A stretch of 64,000 nucleotides of DNA from an uncultured Clostridia bacterium (GCA_934757825.1 CAKVLP010000001.1:366869-430868), one strand, 5' to 3'. Shown: positions 35,327 through 44,417, numbered from the stretch's first letter. Translations and numbers: made by a program. The notes: generated from the sequence alone by a model not told the origin.

Positions 35327-35440
35327 CTTTTACTTTTAACCTTTTTTTATTTAATTTGCTTATTTAATTTATTTAAGTTTAAGTTTTTAACTTAAATTTT
35401 TATATTTAACCTTATTACTTAAAATACGCATTAAACTTCA

Positions 35441-36247
35441 TTAAAAATCGTTTCTGTAATGTTTGCCAGTTGCAATAATTTCGCCGTTGTGTAATACTTT
35501 GAAGCGGAAACTATTTTGTATATCGTCTGTCATACTTATGGTTGCGGTGCTGGTGTTTTTGTCAAACCAATGTGTGTTGTGAATGGTTGCGTCTTTGACT
35601 ATTTTGCCGTTAATAACTAGGTCAAATTTGTTGTAACTAGCGAAGGGGATAAGTGGCGAGGTTAGGTCGATTTTCCACCAAATTTCAGTGCCGTATTTTA
35701 TTGTCCTTACTTGGGTGTACTTCTCTTCATGATAGTTTTTAAGGTTGTCGGAATTGTCCTTAATTGCAAGTTCGGCGTCGGCATAAAGACTTCCGTTGGA
35801 TTCGTCTAGTGGTTGCCAATATGCGAAGTCGTATGTCCATATTTTCGACTCGTCGTCGTGATATACTATTTCCTCAAATGTTATCTTTACGCCGTTGCTT
35901 TCTTGTACAACAACGCATCTTTTTGTGTCGTCGCTATTGTAAAATAGTTTTAAGATTTTGCCTGAAATGTTGTCCAATCCGTCATAGTGATATGCTTTTT
36001 TTATTTCGTCTAGGCTCATTGGATTTTCATAAACAGTTGTTTTTAAAAGGTTAAATACTGAGGCGTTGTCGGGCTTTCTGGTGTAAATAAAAACAATCAT
36101 TCCAAGCCCCAAAAACGATAGTAGTAGTAAAAAAACAAATGCCCAGTCGTAGTCTATAAAACAAAACATAAGCGAATAGCAAAGTACGCTAAAAGCAAGG
36201 CATACTAATCCCTTAATATGGCGGTTCATTTTTTCTTTGTGTGACAT
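35441..36247 (-). CDS. membrane-anchored hypothetical protein (2 N-terminal TM helices)
   Basis: 268-aa ORF 3 nt downstream of the preceding gene on the same strand. Hydrophobic segments VCLAFSVLCYSLMFCFI and FVFLLLLSFLGLGMIVFIY. Confidence 0.55.
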   Translation of the reverse strand: MSHKEKMNRHIKGLVCLAFSVLCYSLMFCFIDYDWAFVFLLLLSFLGLGMIVFIYTRKPDNASVFNLLKTTVYENPMSLDEIKKAYHYDGLDNISGKILKLFYNSDDTKRCVVVQESNGVKITFEEIVYHDDESKIWTYDFAYWQPLDESNGSLYADAELAIKDNSDNLKNYHEEKYTQVRTIKYGTEIWWKIDLTSPLIPFASYNKFDLVINGKIVKDATIHNTHWFDKNTSTATISMTDDIQNSFRFKVLHNGEIIATGKHYRNDF

Positions 36248-36250
36248 ATT

Positions 36251-36892
36251 TTACCCCTTTTTGCTTTTCAAATATTCTATCCATTCGGATAAAGTTTTTA
36301 ACAATAATTTGTATTTTTTAAAGTTTTCTTTTTTGTTTGTTATCGCGCAATTGACCTCAATCTGTATCGTCCAAATGTGAGGAAACATTAGTCTCATACT
36401 CCCCGCGATAGTTTGGTTTCCGCCCATAAACGGCTGGTCGATTGTTGTTACGAAATTGTTTTTCACTAGGGTGTTGTAGAGCGTATCGAATGCGTCCTTG
36501 TCTACGCTTATGTTTTCGCTAAGGTGTGTGCCAAGGTTAACATCGCAGTCGCGTTTTGATGCCAATCCGTGTAGGTCCACAACATAGTTTATGTCGTTTT
36601 TCTCAATAAGTCGGATAAGGGCGTCTTTGTATCTCGATTTTGTGTCAAAGTTTGCATCGTCAAAGTTGTTTTTGGTTTTTGCTATTAGGTAACAATTGTG
36701 GGTTTTTTGCAAGTATAGCGCCGTGCTCAGTGTGCCTATTTCGGCTTGTTTTGGTCTGCCCAGCCTTACTTGCGATACGGCGTGTGGCGTGGACAAAACA
36801 ATGTGGTTTTGACCTTTAATAATTACGTGGTCGCGATTTTTGTTTTCCTCCAAAAATTGACGCCTATATGATTGCAATTGTTCAAATCCCAT
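36251..36892 (-). CDS. N-formylglutamate amidohydrolase-fold (FGase-like) protein, tentative
   Basis: Start chosen at ATG 36892 behind AAAGGAAAA (the ORF-track GTG 36922 has poor RBS spacing). LSTPHAV...DDANFD...VVDLHGL pattern is reminiscent of the FGase / zinc-hydrolase family. Confidence 0.4.
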   Translation of the reverse strand: MGFEQLQSYRRQFLEENKNRDHVIIKGQNHIVLSTPHAVSQVRLGRPKQAEIGTLSTALYLQKTHNCYLIAKTKNNFDDANFDTKSRYKDALIRLIEKNDINYVVDLHGLASKRDCDVNLGTHLSENISVDKDAFDTLYNTLVKNNFVTTIDQPFMGGNQTIAGSMRLMFPHIWTIQIEVNCAITNKKENFKKYKLLLKTLSEWIEYLKSKKG

Positions 36893-37128
36893 TTTTTTCC
36901 TTTGTTCGCGTTTTATTGTCACTCGTTTTCTGACTTTTTCCGCCTAGCCCGTGTATGCTATATACTATTTTCATTATATCCTACTTTTGATGTTTTGTCA
37001 ATATAATAACGGAAAGCGGGCTTTAAGACGCCAAAATGTTTGCGATTTGGCAAAGGGTTGTGATAGAATATAATTCATAAATAAGGTCAAAGTTTTTTGA
37101 CCAAAGTGCTAAAGAAAAAGGGGAAAAT

Positions 37129-37950
37129 GTGCTAGAAGTTGGGATAAATACAAATTGCGAGGCGGGCAAAAATTACAAAAATATCTGCAAAAATATCGCA
37201 AAAGCGGGATTCAAAAACGTAATGATTGCTTTTGTGAGAGGACAAGAAGAGGAACAGTTAAAGTACGCTAAAAAACTGGGTCTAAATGTGTGTTATGTTC
37301 ATCTTGACCATAGTGTCGGCAATTCAAAACTTTGGGTACACGGCAAAACACACAACGCTCAAATGGCACTTATGATGAGCCAGATTGACCTTTGTTTTAA
37401 GTATGGCGTTAAGATTGCGGTTTTGCATTCCTCCTATGGCGATCCTCGCGAAAAACTTGCTCCACCTAACGAATATGGGCTAAGCGAATTTAAAAGGCTT
37501 ATGGAGTACGCCAAGGCTCGTGGTGTAAAACTTGCCCTTGAAAATGTCGACGATGGGAGTATTGGTCATATTAAATATTTGCTTAACAATATTAAATCAA
37601 GTTATTTCGGATTCTGCTACGACTCGGGGCACCATAACTTGTATGCCAAGGATTTGGATTTGCTAAAACTTTATGGCAAGAGGCTTTTGGCAGTTCACTT
37701 GCATGACAATTTGGGGGATTACAAGCCGGGTGACGATTATTTGCGCGATTTGCATTATCTTCCACTAGATGGCACAATCGACTTTGCTAGCCTTATGGCA
37801 AAACTAAAACAAGTGGGTTACAACAACGTAGTTTTACTTGAAGTTCACAAAATCTCCGCCAACAAAACTAGCATCTATTCCGACCTAACTCCGTCGCAAT
37901 TCCTTGCCAAAGCCCATTCCGTAGCCACAACCCTCCGCGATATGATGTGA
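37129..37950 (+). CDS. sugar phosphate isomerase/epimerase (xylose isomerase-like TIM barrel)
   Basis: GTG start behind AAAGGGGAAAA. VKLALENV, CYDSGHHN and AVHLHDN metal-ligand motifs of the AP-endonuclease-2/xylose-isomerase-like TIM barrel. Confidence 0.7.
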   Translation: MLEVGINTNCEAGKNYKNICKNIAKAGFKNVMIAFVRGQEEEQLKYAKKLGLNVCYVHLDHSVGNSKLWVHGKTHNAQMALMMSQIDLCFKYGVKIAVLHSSYGDPREKLAPPNEYGLSEFKRLMEYAKARGVKLALENVDDGSIGHIKYLLNNIKSSYFGFCYDSGHHNLYAKDLDLLKLYGKRLLAVHLHDNLGDYKPGDDYLRDLHYLPLDGTIDFASLMAKLKQVGYNNVVLLEVHKISANKTSIYSDLTPSQFLAKAHSVATTLRDMM

Positions 37951-38004
37951 GAAAGTATTTAACGTTATATAGCAGTATGTGTAATATGAAATGAAACAAT
38001 ATAT

Positions 38005-38031
38005 AAGCCACTCAAATATGGGTGGCTTTTT
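38005..38031 (+). terminator. intrinsic terminator candidate
   Basis: AGCCAC-tcaaatatgg-GTGGCT followed by TTTT. Confidence 0.45.
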
Positions 38032-38235
38032 AGGTTTAATGATTTTTATGGTATATCTGATCAAAGTTTTTTAATTATAGTCTTTGCGTTGTTATTTAAG
38101 GAAAAGTTGGCGGGTCGTGTTATAGTCGGATTAAGAATTAAATAATCATGTGTGATGTTGAGCAATATGTCTTTTAGTGGGTAGGGCTTAGAATAAAACT
38201 TATGGTTGGAAAAGGATTGTTGTGGAAGAATTGTT

Positions 38236-38263
38236 TTGATTGTGTTAAAATATTTGATATAAT
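38236..38263 (+). promoter_or_regulatory. sigma-70 promoter candidate with extended -10
   Basis: TTGATT (38236-38241), 16-nt spacer, TGaTATAAT (38255-38263), about 20 nt upstream of the FAD-protein operon. Confidence 0.45.
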
Positions 38264-38281
38264 GATTGTGGGAGAAAAATT

Positions 38282-39394
38282 ATGTACGATGTAATAGTGA
38301 TAGGCGCGGGAGCCAGTGGCGCAATGTGTGCAATTCAGGCGTCCAGTAGGGGAAGAAGGGTGTTGTTGCTTGATAGTGGGCTAACACCAGCAAAAAAACT
38401 AATGGTTACTGGGAATGGCAAATGCAACCTTACAAACGTTCACGCTGATTCAAGTAAGTATAATGTAAATATTGATAAGTATCTAAATAGATTTGGAGTA
38501 AATAACACAATAGATTTTTTTGAGAATTTGGGGCTTGTTGTGCATGTTGACGATGAGGGAAGAGTATATCCTTTTTCCAATTCTGCTCGAAGTGTGATAG
38601 ATGTAATAAACGCAAAACTTAAAGAAAATGGTGTAGAGTTCTTAGGCGATAGTAGTGTTGCAAAAGTTATAAAAAAGCCAGATAGTTATGCTGTATTGAC
38701 AGAAAATGAGGAGTTTTTGACAAAAAGTGTGGTTTATTCTTGTGGGGGTCTGTCGTCAATTGGTTTACTAAAAACTGACACTCTTTATCCAAGCCTTTGC
38801 GCTTTAAAGACTATCGAAAATACAAAAAAACTATCTGGGTTGAGACTTAGTGATGTGGGTGTGACTGCTAGATGCGGTAAAAAAACTATGTCCGATCGTG
38901 GCGAGGTTTTGTTCAAAGACGATGGTCTTAGCGGAATTGTGGTGTTTAATTTGTCCAGTTTGTTTGCTCGTGCAAAAAAGTATGATGGAACAATTTTAAT
39001 TGACCTAATGCCAGACAACAATTTAAATGAAGTGGAAAAATTGATACAGTCAAGAGCGAAGAAATTTAAACAAAACTTGTTTGTAGGGTGGTTGTGTAAT
39101 GAGGTGGCAAAGTTTGTAATGGCTCAATCGGGTGTAAAAAAACTTGACGACATAGGGTGTAAAAAACTAGCAAGCACAATAAAAGCCCTAACATTTAATG
39201 TGTGCGGATATTATGATAACGCGCAAGTTATGTCAGGCGGAGTGGAATTAAAAAAATTGGACGACAACCTTCAACTTAAAGACCAATCGGGCGTGTATGT
39301 AATAGGCGAACAATGTGATGTTGATGGCGAGTGTGGTGGATATAACCTTCAATGGGCGTGGACAAGTGGCTGGATTGTGGGAAGTGCAGTATGA
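38282..39394 (+). CDS. HI0933/YhiN(BaiN)-like FAD-dependent flavoprotein
   Basis: DVIVIGAGASGAMCA dinucleotide motif and the family-typical TGNGKCNLTN. C-terminal YNLQWAWTSGWIVG. Confidence 0.75.
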   Translation: MYDVIVIGAGASGAMCAIQASSRGRRVLLLDSGLTPAKKLMVTGNGKCNLTNVHADSSKYNVNIDKYLNRFGVNNTIDFFENLGLVVHVDDEGRVYPFSNSARSVIDVINAKLKENGVEFLGDSSVAKVIKKPDSYAVLTENEEFLTKSVVYSCGGLSSIGLLKTDTLYPSLCALKTIENTKKLSGLRLSDVGVTARCGKKTMSDRGEVLFKDDGLSGIVVFNLSSLFARAKKYDGTILIDLMPDNNLNEVEKLIQSRAKKFKQNLFVGWLCNEVAKFVMAQSGVKKLDDIGCKKLASTIKALTFNVCGYYDNAQVMSGGVELKKLDDNLQLKDQSGVYVIGEQCDVDGECGGYNLQWAWTSGWIVGSAV

Positions 39395-40962
39395 TTAAGG
39401 TTGAAAATATAAAACTAAAAGTTGGTTTTAACGAAAACGACGTGAAGCAAGCAATCGCCAAAAGCCTAAGAATACAAGCAAATGATGTGAAAGGGTACGA
39501 ATTTTTAAGATTATCCATTGATGCTAGGAAAAAGCCAACTGTATATTATGTGGCGACCATTGGCGCGAGCCTTACTTTGCGTTTGGAGGAAACACATAAG
39601 GACAAAGCGGTAACGATTGACCGTAGTCCTAAAAAATACGAACAAATTAAATCAAGTTCTCGTCCAGTGGTTGTGGGATTTGGGCCATCAGGAATGTTCT
39701 CGGCGCTAATGCTTGCACGAATGGGATTAAAACCTATTGTGATAGAGCAAGGTAAGTGTGTGGACGATCGCGAAAAAGATGTGCAAGAATTTTGGTTAAA
39801 AGGAAAATTAAATACTTACTCAAATGTGCAGTTTGGTGAAGGTGGCGCGGGCACATTTAGTGATGGAAAACTAAATTCGACCGCACATAGTGGATATGTA
39901 GGCGATGTGTTAAATGAGTTTTATGTGCACGGTGCACCTAAGGAAATATTATATTTGTCAAAACCTCATATAGGAAGCGATATTCTAAAAACTGTTGTAA
40001 AAAACATTCGAAACGAAATAATTTCACTAGGTGGAGAAATAAAATTTAACACCAAGTTAATCAACATTGATGTCAAAAATAATAATGTTTGTGGCATAAA
40101 ACTATTGGATATTGTCAAAAACTCGGAGTTTGATTTAAGTTGCGACCGTTTGATTTTAGCAGTGGGACATAGCGCTCGTGACACATTTAGTTTGCTAAAA
40201 ATTATGGGTGTTACGTTGGAAAAGAAACCTTTTGCTATGGGTGTTAGGATTGAACAAAAACAAACGGATATCAACATAGCCCAGTATGGCGAAAACTACG
40301 ACAAGCGTTTGCCTAGCGCTGATTACAAACTTGTTGAGCATTTGGACAATGGTAGGAGCGTGTTTACATTTTGTATGTGCCCTGGCGGAGTTGTGGTCTC
40401 GTCTACAAGCGATGAGGGGAGCATTGTCACAAACGGAATGAGTTATTTTGCGCGCGACAAAGAAAACGCAAATAGCGCGGTGCTAGTAAATGTTATGCCG
40501 TCGGACTTTGGCGGGGACGACGTGCTAGCGGGCGTGGAAATGCAGAAAAAGTACGAGCGTCTAGCTTTTGAACTTGGCGGGAGAAATTATAATGCGCCCG
40601 CTGAAACGGTCGGTGAGTTTTTAGGAAAGGGTAAAACTTTTCCGCTAAAAACTTCCTATCTCCCAAACATTACTTTTTGCGATATAACTAAGTGTTTACC
40701 TAAATTTGTGACGTACGCAATAAAGGAAGCACTGCCTAAATTTGATAAACGCCTTAAAGGTTTTGCGGACGATAAAAACTTGCTTATCGCAATCGAAAGC
40801 CGAAGCAGTAGTCCAGTTACGATTGTGAGAGACGAGCAGTTTCAAGCGAGTGTAAAGGGGCTTTATCCTATTGGCGAAGGCGCGGGATATGCGGGTGGAA
40901 TAATGACCAGTGCAATAGACGGCATTAAATGCGCCGAAAAAATATACCTTAGTTTAAAATAA
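39391..40962 (+). CDS. uncharacterised FAD-dependent dehydrogenase (COG2509-type)
   Basis: Start moved to ATG 39391, overlapping the upstream TGA (ATGA). VVVGFGPSGMFSALMLARMG Rossmann motif. C-terminal GEGAGYAGGIMTSAIDG. Confidence 0.7.
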   Translation: MIKVENIKLKVGFNENDVKQAIAKSLRIQANDVKGYEFLRLSIDARKKPTVYYVATIGASLTLRLEETHKDKAVTIDRSPKKYEQIKSSSRPVVVGFGPSGMFSALMLARMGLKPIVIEQGKCVDDREKDVQEFWLKGKLNTYSNVQFGEGGAGTFSDGKLNSTAHSGYVGDVLNEFYVHGAPKEILYLSKPHIGSDILKTVVKNIRNEIISLGGEIKFNTKLINIDVKNNNVCGIKLLDIVKNSEFDLSCDRLILAVGHSARDTFSLLKIMGVTLEKKPFAMGVRIEQKQTDINIAQYGENYDKRLPSADYKLVEHLDNGRSVFTFCMCPGGVVVSSTSDEGSIVTNGMSYFARDKENANSAVLVNVMPSDFGGDDVLAGVEMQKKYERLAFELGGRNYNAPAETVGEFLGKGKTFPLKTSYLPNITFCDITKCLPKFVTYAIKEALPKFDKRLKGFADDKNLLIAIESRSSSPVTIVRDEQFQASVKGLYPIGEGAGYAGGIMTSAIDGIKCAEKIYLSLK

Positions 40963-40986
40963 CTAAGGTATATTTTTTCTGACTAT

Positions 40987-41421
40987 TTAGTTTCCCTTAG
41001 GCGCGTTGTCGTATCTTATCCAACCCCACCAGTGAGGCATCAAGTCAATTAGTTTTATGGTTTTTCTTGAATTGTAATCCAACATTATTTCCATATCCTT
41101 GTTTTTGTCGGAAAGTTGCATAAAAAACTCTCTGCACGCCCCGCAAGGCATTCCTCCGTTTCCAGTTGGCGGCTCGTTTCTAAACGCGATTAGTCTCTTC
41201 ACAACTGTTTGTCCGCTTTGAATGTACATATTTAGCCATGCCACGCGTTCTGCACATAGCGCAATCACGCCACTTGCGCCTTCAATGCAAAACCCAGTGT
41301 ATATTTCCCCGTTTTCCGCTTCAATTGCGCAAACAACGTGATGAGCGTCTATAAATGGTGAGACCGTCTCGGGGTGATATTCCTTCTTTGCTTCGTTGTA
41401 TAACTTTTCCCAAATGTCCAT
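40987..41421 (-). CDS. cytidine/blasticidin-S deaminase-like zinc deaminase
   Basis: CAERVA (C/H-A-E) and PCGACREF zinc motifs. Start chosen at ATG 41421 (7 nt after AAAAGGAGA) rather than 41427. Confidence 0.7.
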   Translation of the reverse strand: MDIWEKLYNEAKKEYHPETVSPFIDAHHVVCAIEAENGEIYTGFCIEGASGVIALCAERVAWLNMYIQSGQTVVKRLIAFRNEPPTGNGGMPCGACREFFMQLSDKNKDMEIMLDYNSRKTIKLIDLMPHWWGWIRYDNAPKGN

Positions 41422-41606
41422 AATCATTCTCCTTTTTTTTATTCTATCATACTTGTAGGAAAATACAAAATTTTTAACAGCAATAGTTGTGCTCTAAATA
41501 GCGGTTTTAGAAATTATCTTAAAGATGACATTAGTTTTAGCCAAATACTAGAAAAATGTCGGTTTTTATGTTATACTTATGTCAAATTTACGCTTAGGAG
41601 AAAAAT

Positions 41607-41867
41607 ATGATCTTTGTTTGCAAGCCAGATAAGTTTGTTAAGGGAAAACCGATTAACATAAACGAAAAGAAGTCTTTTAAAGGCACCATAGACGTCGAAA
41701 AACTTAAACAACAACACGAAAATATGTGCAATGTTTTGAGTAAATATGACGATGTTAAGTTTGCTGAAATGGAGGACGGCTTGCCAAAACAAACCTTTGT
41801 AAGGGATACGGCGTTTTTCTTGGACGACAAAATTTTCGGTTGTAAAATGAAGGAGAATGTTAGATAA
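41607..41867 (+). pseudogene. N-terminal fragment (~86 aa) of an amidinotransferase/DDAH-fold enzyme
   Basis: Good RBS (TAGGAGAAAAAT). KLKQQHENMCNVL...GLPKQTFVRDTAFFLDDKIFGCKMKENVR parallels the N-terminal third of DDAH/arginine-deiminase-fold enzymes (..QH..y...L....PD.vFv.D.......i.....R). The ORF stops where about 170 more residues are expected. Downstream DNA is stop-rich in all frames. Confidence 0.45.
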
Positions 41868-42130
41868 AAGACTTTATTACTGGGCACCGTACTGATACAA
41901 AACTTGTCGATATTAAGTCGTTTGACATACCCTTTATAGATAAAAACCTTGTTGATGGGGGATTTAACAATATAAAATATGCCAGCATAAATCTTTGCTA
42001 GCATAAAAAAATCAACCAAAAAAAATTCATAAACATAAAAAAAGACATCGAATTAGTTGGTGTCTTTTTTAAATACGGCACTTCCAGCGATTCCAATTCA
42101 CAAACCCCTTAAAAATTTAATCATCATCAT

Positions 42131-42168
42131 AAAAAACAAAAAAAATGGCTAAAACTAGCCATTTTTTC
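42131..42168 (-). terminator. intrinsic terminator downstream of tRNA-Ser
   Basis: On the minus strand: ATGGCTA-gtttt-TAGCCAT followed by a long T-run (the + strand shows the A-run at 42131-42145). Confidence 0.6.
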
Positions 42169-42169
42169 T

Positions 42170-42260
42170 TGGCGGAGAAAGAGGGATTTGAACCCTCGCG
42201 GCGTGTTACCGCCCTACACCCTTAGCAGGGGCGCCTCTTCGGCCTCTTGAGTATTTCTCC
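42170..42260 (-). tRNA. tRNA-Ser (anticodon GCU), CCA encoded
   Basis: The reverse complement reads GGAGAAA-TA-CTCAAGAGGCCGAAGAG-G-CGCCC-CTGCTAA-GGGTG-(long variable arm TAGGGCGGTAACACGCCG)-CGAGGGTTCAAATCCCTC-TTTCTCC-G-CCA. It has a 7-bp acceptor stem, a TPsiC loop GGTTCAAATCC, the anticodon loop C-T-GCT-A-A, and a type II variable arm. Confidence 0.9.
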
Positions 42261-42581
42261 GAATGTGCAAGTTAATAAAAAGAGGGGATTTTTAACTTGC
42301 AAGGATATTTTAGCAAAATGGCGGGCTGATGTCAATAAATAGTCCGAAAGTTTTTTAAAAACAATTTTTTTTATTTTAGGGCGCCCAAAATGGCGGGTTA
42401 ACAATTTTCAGTCAATTTTGATTTGGATTAGAGTAAGCATTGCAAACAAAATCATTGTGATTATGTACAAGCGTAACGCGGTTAATAAAAAAGCCGAATT
42501 AGCACAACGAAAAAATAATAGCGATAAATCATTTTGAAAATTTCGCGGAAAATAGTATTATATAAAAAAGGCGAAAACGAA

Positions 42582-43955
42582 ATGTTAACAAAAAGAAAAA
42601 AGTTTAAGAGCGTATACTCTTTGATAATTTTAATATTGAGCGTAGTCGTGTTGTTTGGAGTGTTCACACCACGGGCGGAAGTTCACGCAGACACGCCAAA
42701 AACGACGGTTGACGAAACAAAAATAGGCGACTCGGCGCTGTACAAAAGGCTAAGACAGATTGCGGGAAGAGGTGGCACAATCCTTTACGATGAGGATTTC
42801 AACAAGGAAACCGAAAAGTGCGTCAACTTGGATTTAAGCGGGACAACATCGTCCAAAATTGCGGATTTGAGCGGTCTTAAAAACTTTAAATTGAACTACA
42901 CAAAAACACTTAACGTGTCCAACAACTCGCTTACTACAATTTCAACCGAGGTGCTTAACTGCATTCCGAAACTTGAAACGCTTATCGTAAGCGGAAACCA
43001 ACTTACTAGCCTTGACCTAAGCGGGTGTTACAACCTAAAAGTTGTGGACGCTAGCGGAAACTTACTTACAAGTTTCAATGGCTTTGATATGCTTAGTAAT
43101 AGTTGTTTAATTGACCTATCGAAAAATAGTTTTACAAGTATGAACCAGATTACATTGCCAGAGAGCACAACTGGAACAAACGGAATAATCAAACTTTACA
43201 ACAATAACATTAGCGACTTCAAGGCGGTGGAAAATTACACCTTCCACTTGGGGCTACAGGGCCTTTCTTTTGACGAGACAAAAGTAATCACAAAAGCAAA
43301 GGTCGTGAAATATTACAAATCAAGCGAAGTACACCGAGTTAAGATTGTGATAACCAAGGGCGAAGAAATTGTGTACACGCTAAAAGACTGGGAAGTGACA
43401 GAGGACGAAACAAGTCTGCCATTGCAAGTGGGCGAGTATCAAGTGGAATATTACTACATTGCAAACGACAACACCGAATATCCACTTTCCACAAAAAGGC
43501 ACCAGGAAACAATTGACTCGGATTCTTATTATAATGAAGTAAAAAACATAGTTAAGTATTACGATAATCAATTTTCAAAGTTTACGGTTATCCCAACATC
43601 GCCTACATTCAAGTATGTGATTAAGGGCAAAACCTACAACGAAGAAGACATTGCAAAACTAAAATCCAAAGCGCAGATTGTGCTTACAGCAGATGACGAC
43701 GCAGAGTGTTACTACAAGTTTGGCGAAAACGGAACATGGAAAAAGGGAAGCACCATTGACATTACACGTGGCGGAAGTTATTTTATTGAAGTGAAAGCGG
43801 TTGTGGGTGACTACGAGAGCAAAACCTCAATGATACTTATCGATGCTAGCGCAAACCTTACCATTCCTAGCATTTTGCTAATTTTACTAATTGTGCTTGG
43901 TGCTGGATTACTATTTGGAGCGGGATATCCACTAATTAAAAAATATGTACTTTAA
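42582..43955 (+). CDS. leucine-rich-repeat (internalin-like) surface protein with signal peptide and C-terminal TM anchor
   Basis: Start moved to ATG 42582 (MLTKRKKFKSVYSLIILILSVVVLFGVFTPRAEVHA). LRR units LNVSNNSLTTIS, LETLIVSGNQLTSLDLSG, LKVVDASGNLLTSFNG, LIDLSKNSFTSMN. C-terminal helix IPSILLILLIVLGAGLLFGAGYPLI. No LPXTG. Confidence 0.75.
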   Translation: MLTKRKKFKSVYSLIILILSVVVLFGVFTPRAEVHADTPKTTVDETKIGDSALYKRLRQIAGRGGTILYDEDFNKETEKCVNLDLSGTTSSKIADLSGLKNFKLNYTKTLNVSNNSLTTISTEVLNCIPKLETLIVSGNQLTSLDLSGCYNLKVVDASGNLLTSFNGFDMLSNSCLIDLSKNSFTSMNQITLPESTTGTNGIIKLYNNNISDFKAVENYTFHLGLQGLSFDETKVITKAKVVKYYKSSEVHRVKIVITKGEEIVYTLKDWEVTEDETSLPLQVGEYQVEYYYIANDNTEYPLSTKRHQETIDSDSYYNEVKNIVKYYDNQFSKFTVIPTSPTFKYVIKGKTYNEEDIAKLKSKAQIVLTADDDAECYYKFGENGTWKKGSTIDITRGGSYFIEVKAVVGDYESKTSMILIDASANLTIPSILLILLIVLGAGLLFGAGYPLIKKYVL

Positions 43956-43972
43956 AGTAAATGCAAAAGTGT

Positions 43973-44001
43973 TGACAATGACGAGCATTAGGAGTAATAT
44001 A
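43973..44001 (+). promoter_or_regulatory. sigma-70 promoter of the glycine T-box leader
   Basis: TTGACA (43973-43978), 17-nt spacer, TAATAT (43996-44001). Confidence 0.55.
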
Positions 44002-44004
44002 TTA

Positions 44005-44167
44005 TAAATCCGAAAAGGCAAGTGGCGATTGCTTAGGAGATGATAAAATGTCATACGCGAGAGTTTGGCGTAACAGAACAAATTAAGGTGGGTGTTTACC
44101 AATTAGGGTGGAACCGCGGTTTTATAAAAATCGTCCCTATGCAAGTTTTTTTGCATAGGGTTTTTTG
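44005..44167 (+). promoter_or_regulatory. T-box riboswitch leader (glycine-specific by context)
   Basis: Conserved T-box sequence AATTAGGGTGGAACCGCG at 44101-44118. Its UGGA bulge is complementary to the UCCA end of a tRNA with a U discriminator (tRNA-Gly). GGC triplets at about 44033 and 44075. Terminator CCCTATGCA-agttttttt-TGCATAGGG plus T-run at 44135-44166. Confidence 0.8.
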
Positions 44168-44358
44168 TTTTTAAAAATGACCGATAATTGTGAAAAGAGT
44201 TTTAAAAGGCGCATAACAATTATAAAAAACTGTACAGTTTAAATATGCGGTTATAAAATCACAAAAAAAATTTTGCGATAAAAAACAATGATTAAAAAAT
44301 GGTAATTGTAAAATAAAAAAAACGGAAAAGTAAAATATATGCAAAAATACTGAATTAT

Positions 44359-44417
44359 GGTTATTGTCTTGAATAACATATGTGGTGTCACATATAATGA
44401 AGTTTTTGACAATAACC
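44359..44417 (+). repeat. nested inverted repeats in the spacer between the T-box and glyQS
   Basis: GGTTATTGTC (44359-44368) and GACAATAACC (44408-44417) are perfect reverse complements. Between them, ATATGTG-gtgt-CACATAT forms an inner hairpin. Confidence 0.6.

Noticed and set aside
35325-35440. AT-rich simple-sequence tract (TTTTAC, ATTTAATTT and AAGTTT iterations) considered as a repeat array or CRISPR-like feature.
   Set aside because: The units are 5-9 nt, irregular, and lack spacers of constant length. It looks like low-complexity intergenic DNA.
41950-41975. Possible att-site remnant: GGGGGATTTAACAAT resembles the GAGGGATTTGAACCC of the tRNA-Ser T-arm.
   Set aside because: Only about 10 scattered matching bases. 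Too short and too AT-biased to distinguish from chance.
41577-42019. Minus-strand ORFs of 71 and 141 aa overlapping the amidinotransferase fragment.
   Set aside because: Their hydrophobic, Phe/Ile/Leu-rich translations are typical of AT-rich non-coding DNA. They have no RBS and overlap a frame with real family similarity.
42222-42404. 60-aa minus-strand ORF.
   Set aside because: It overlaps the tRNA-Ser gene body.
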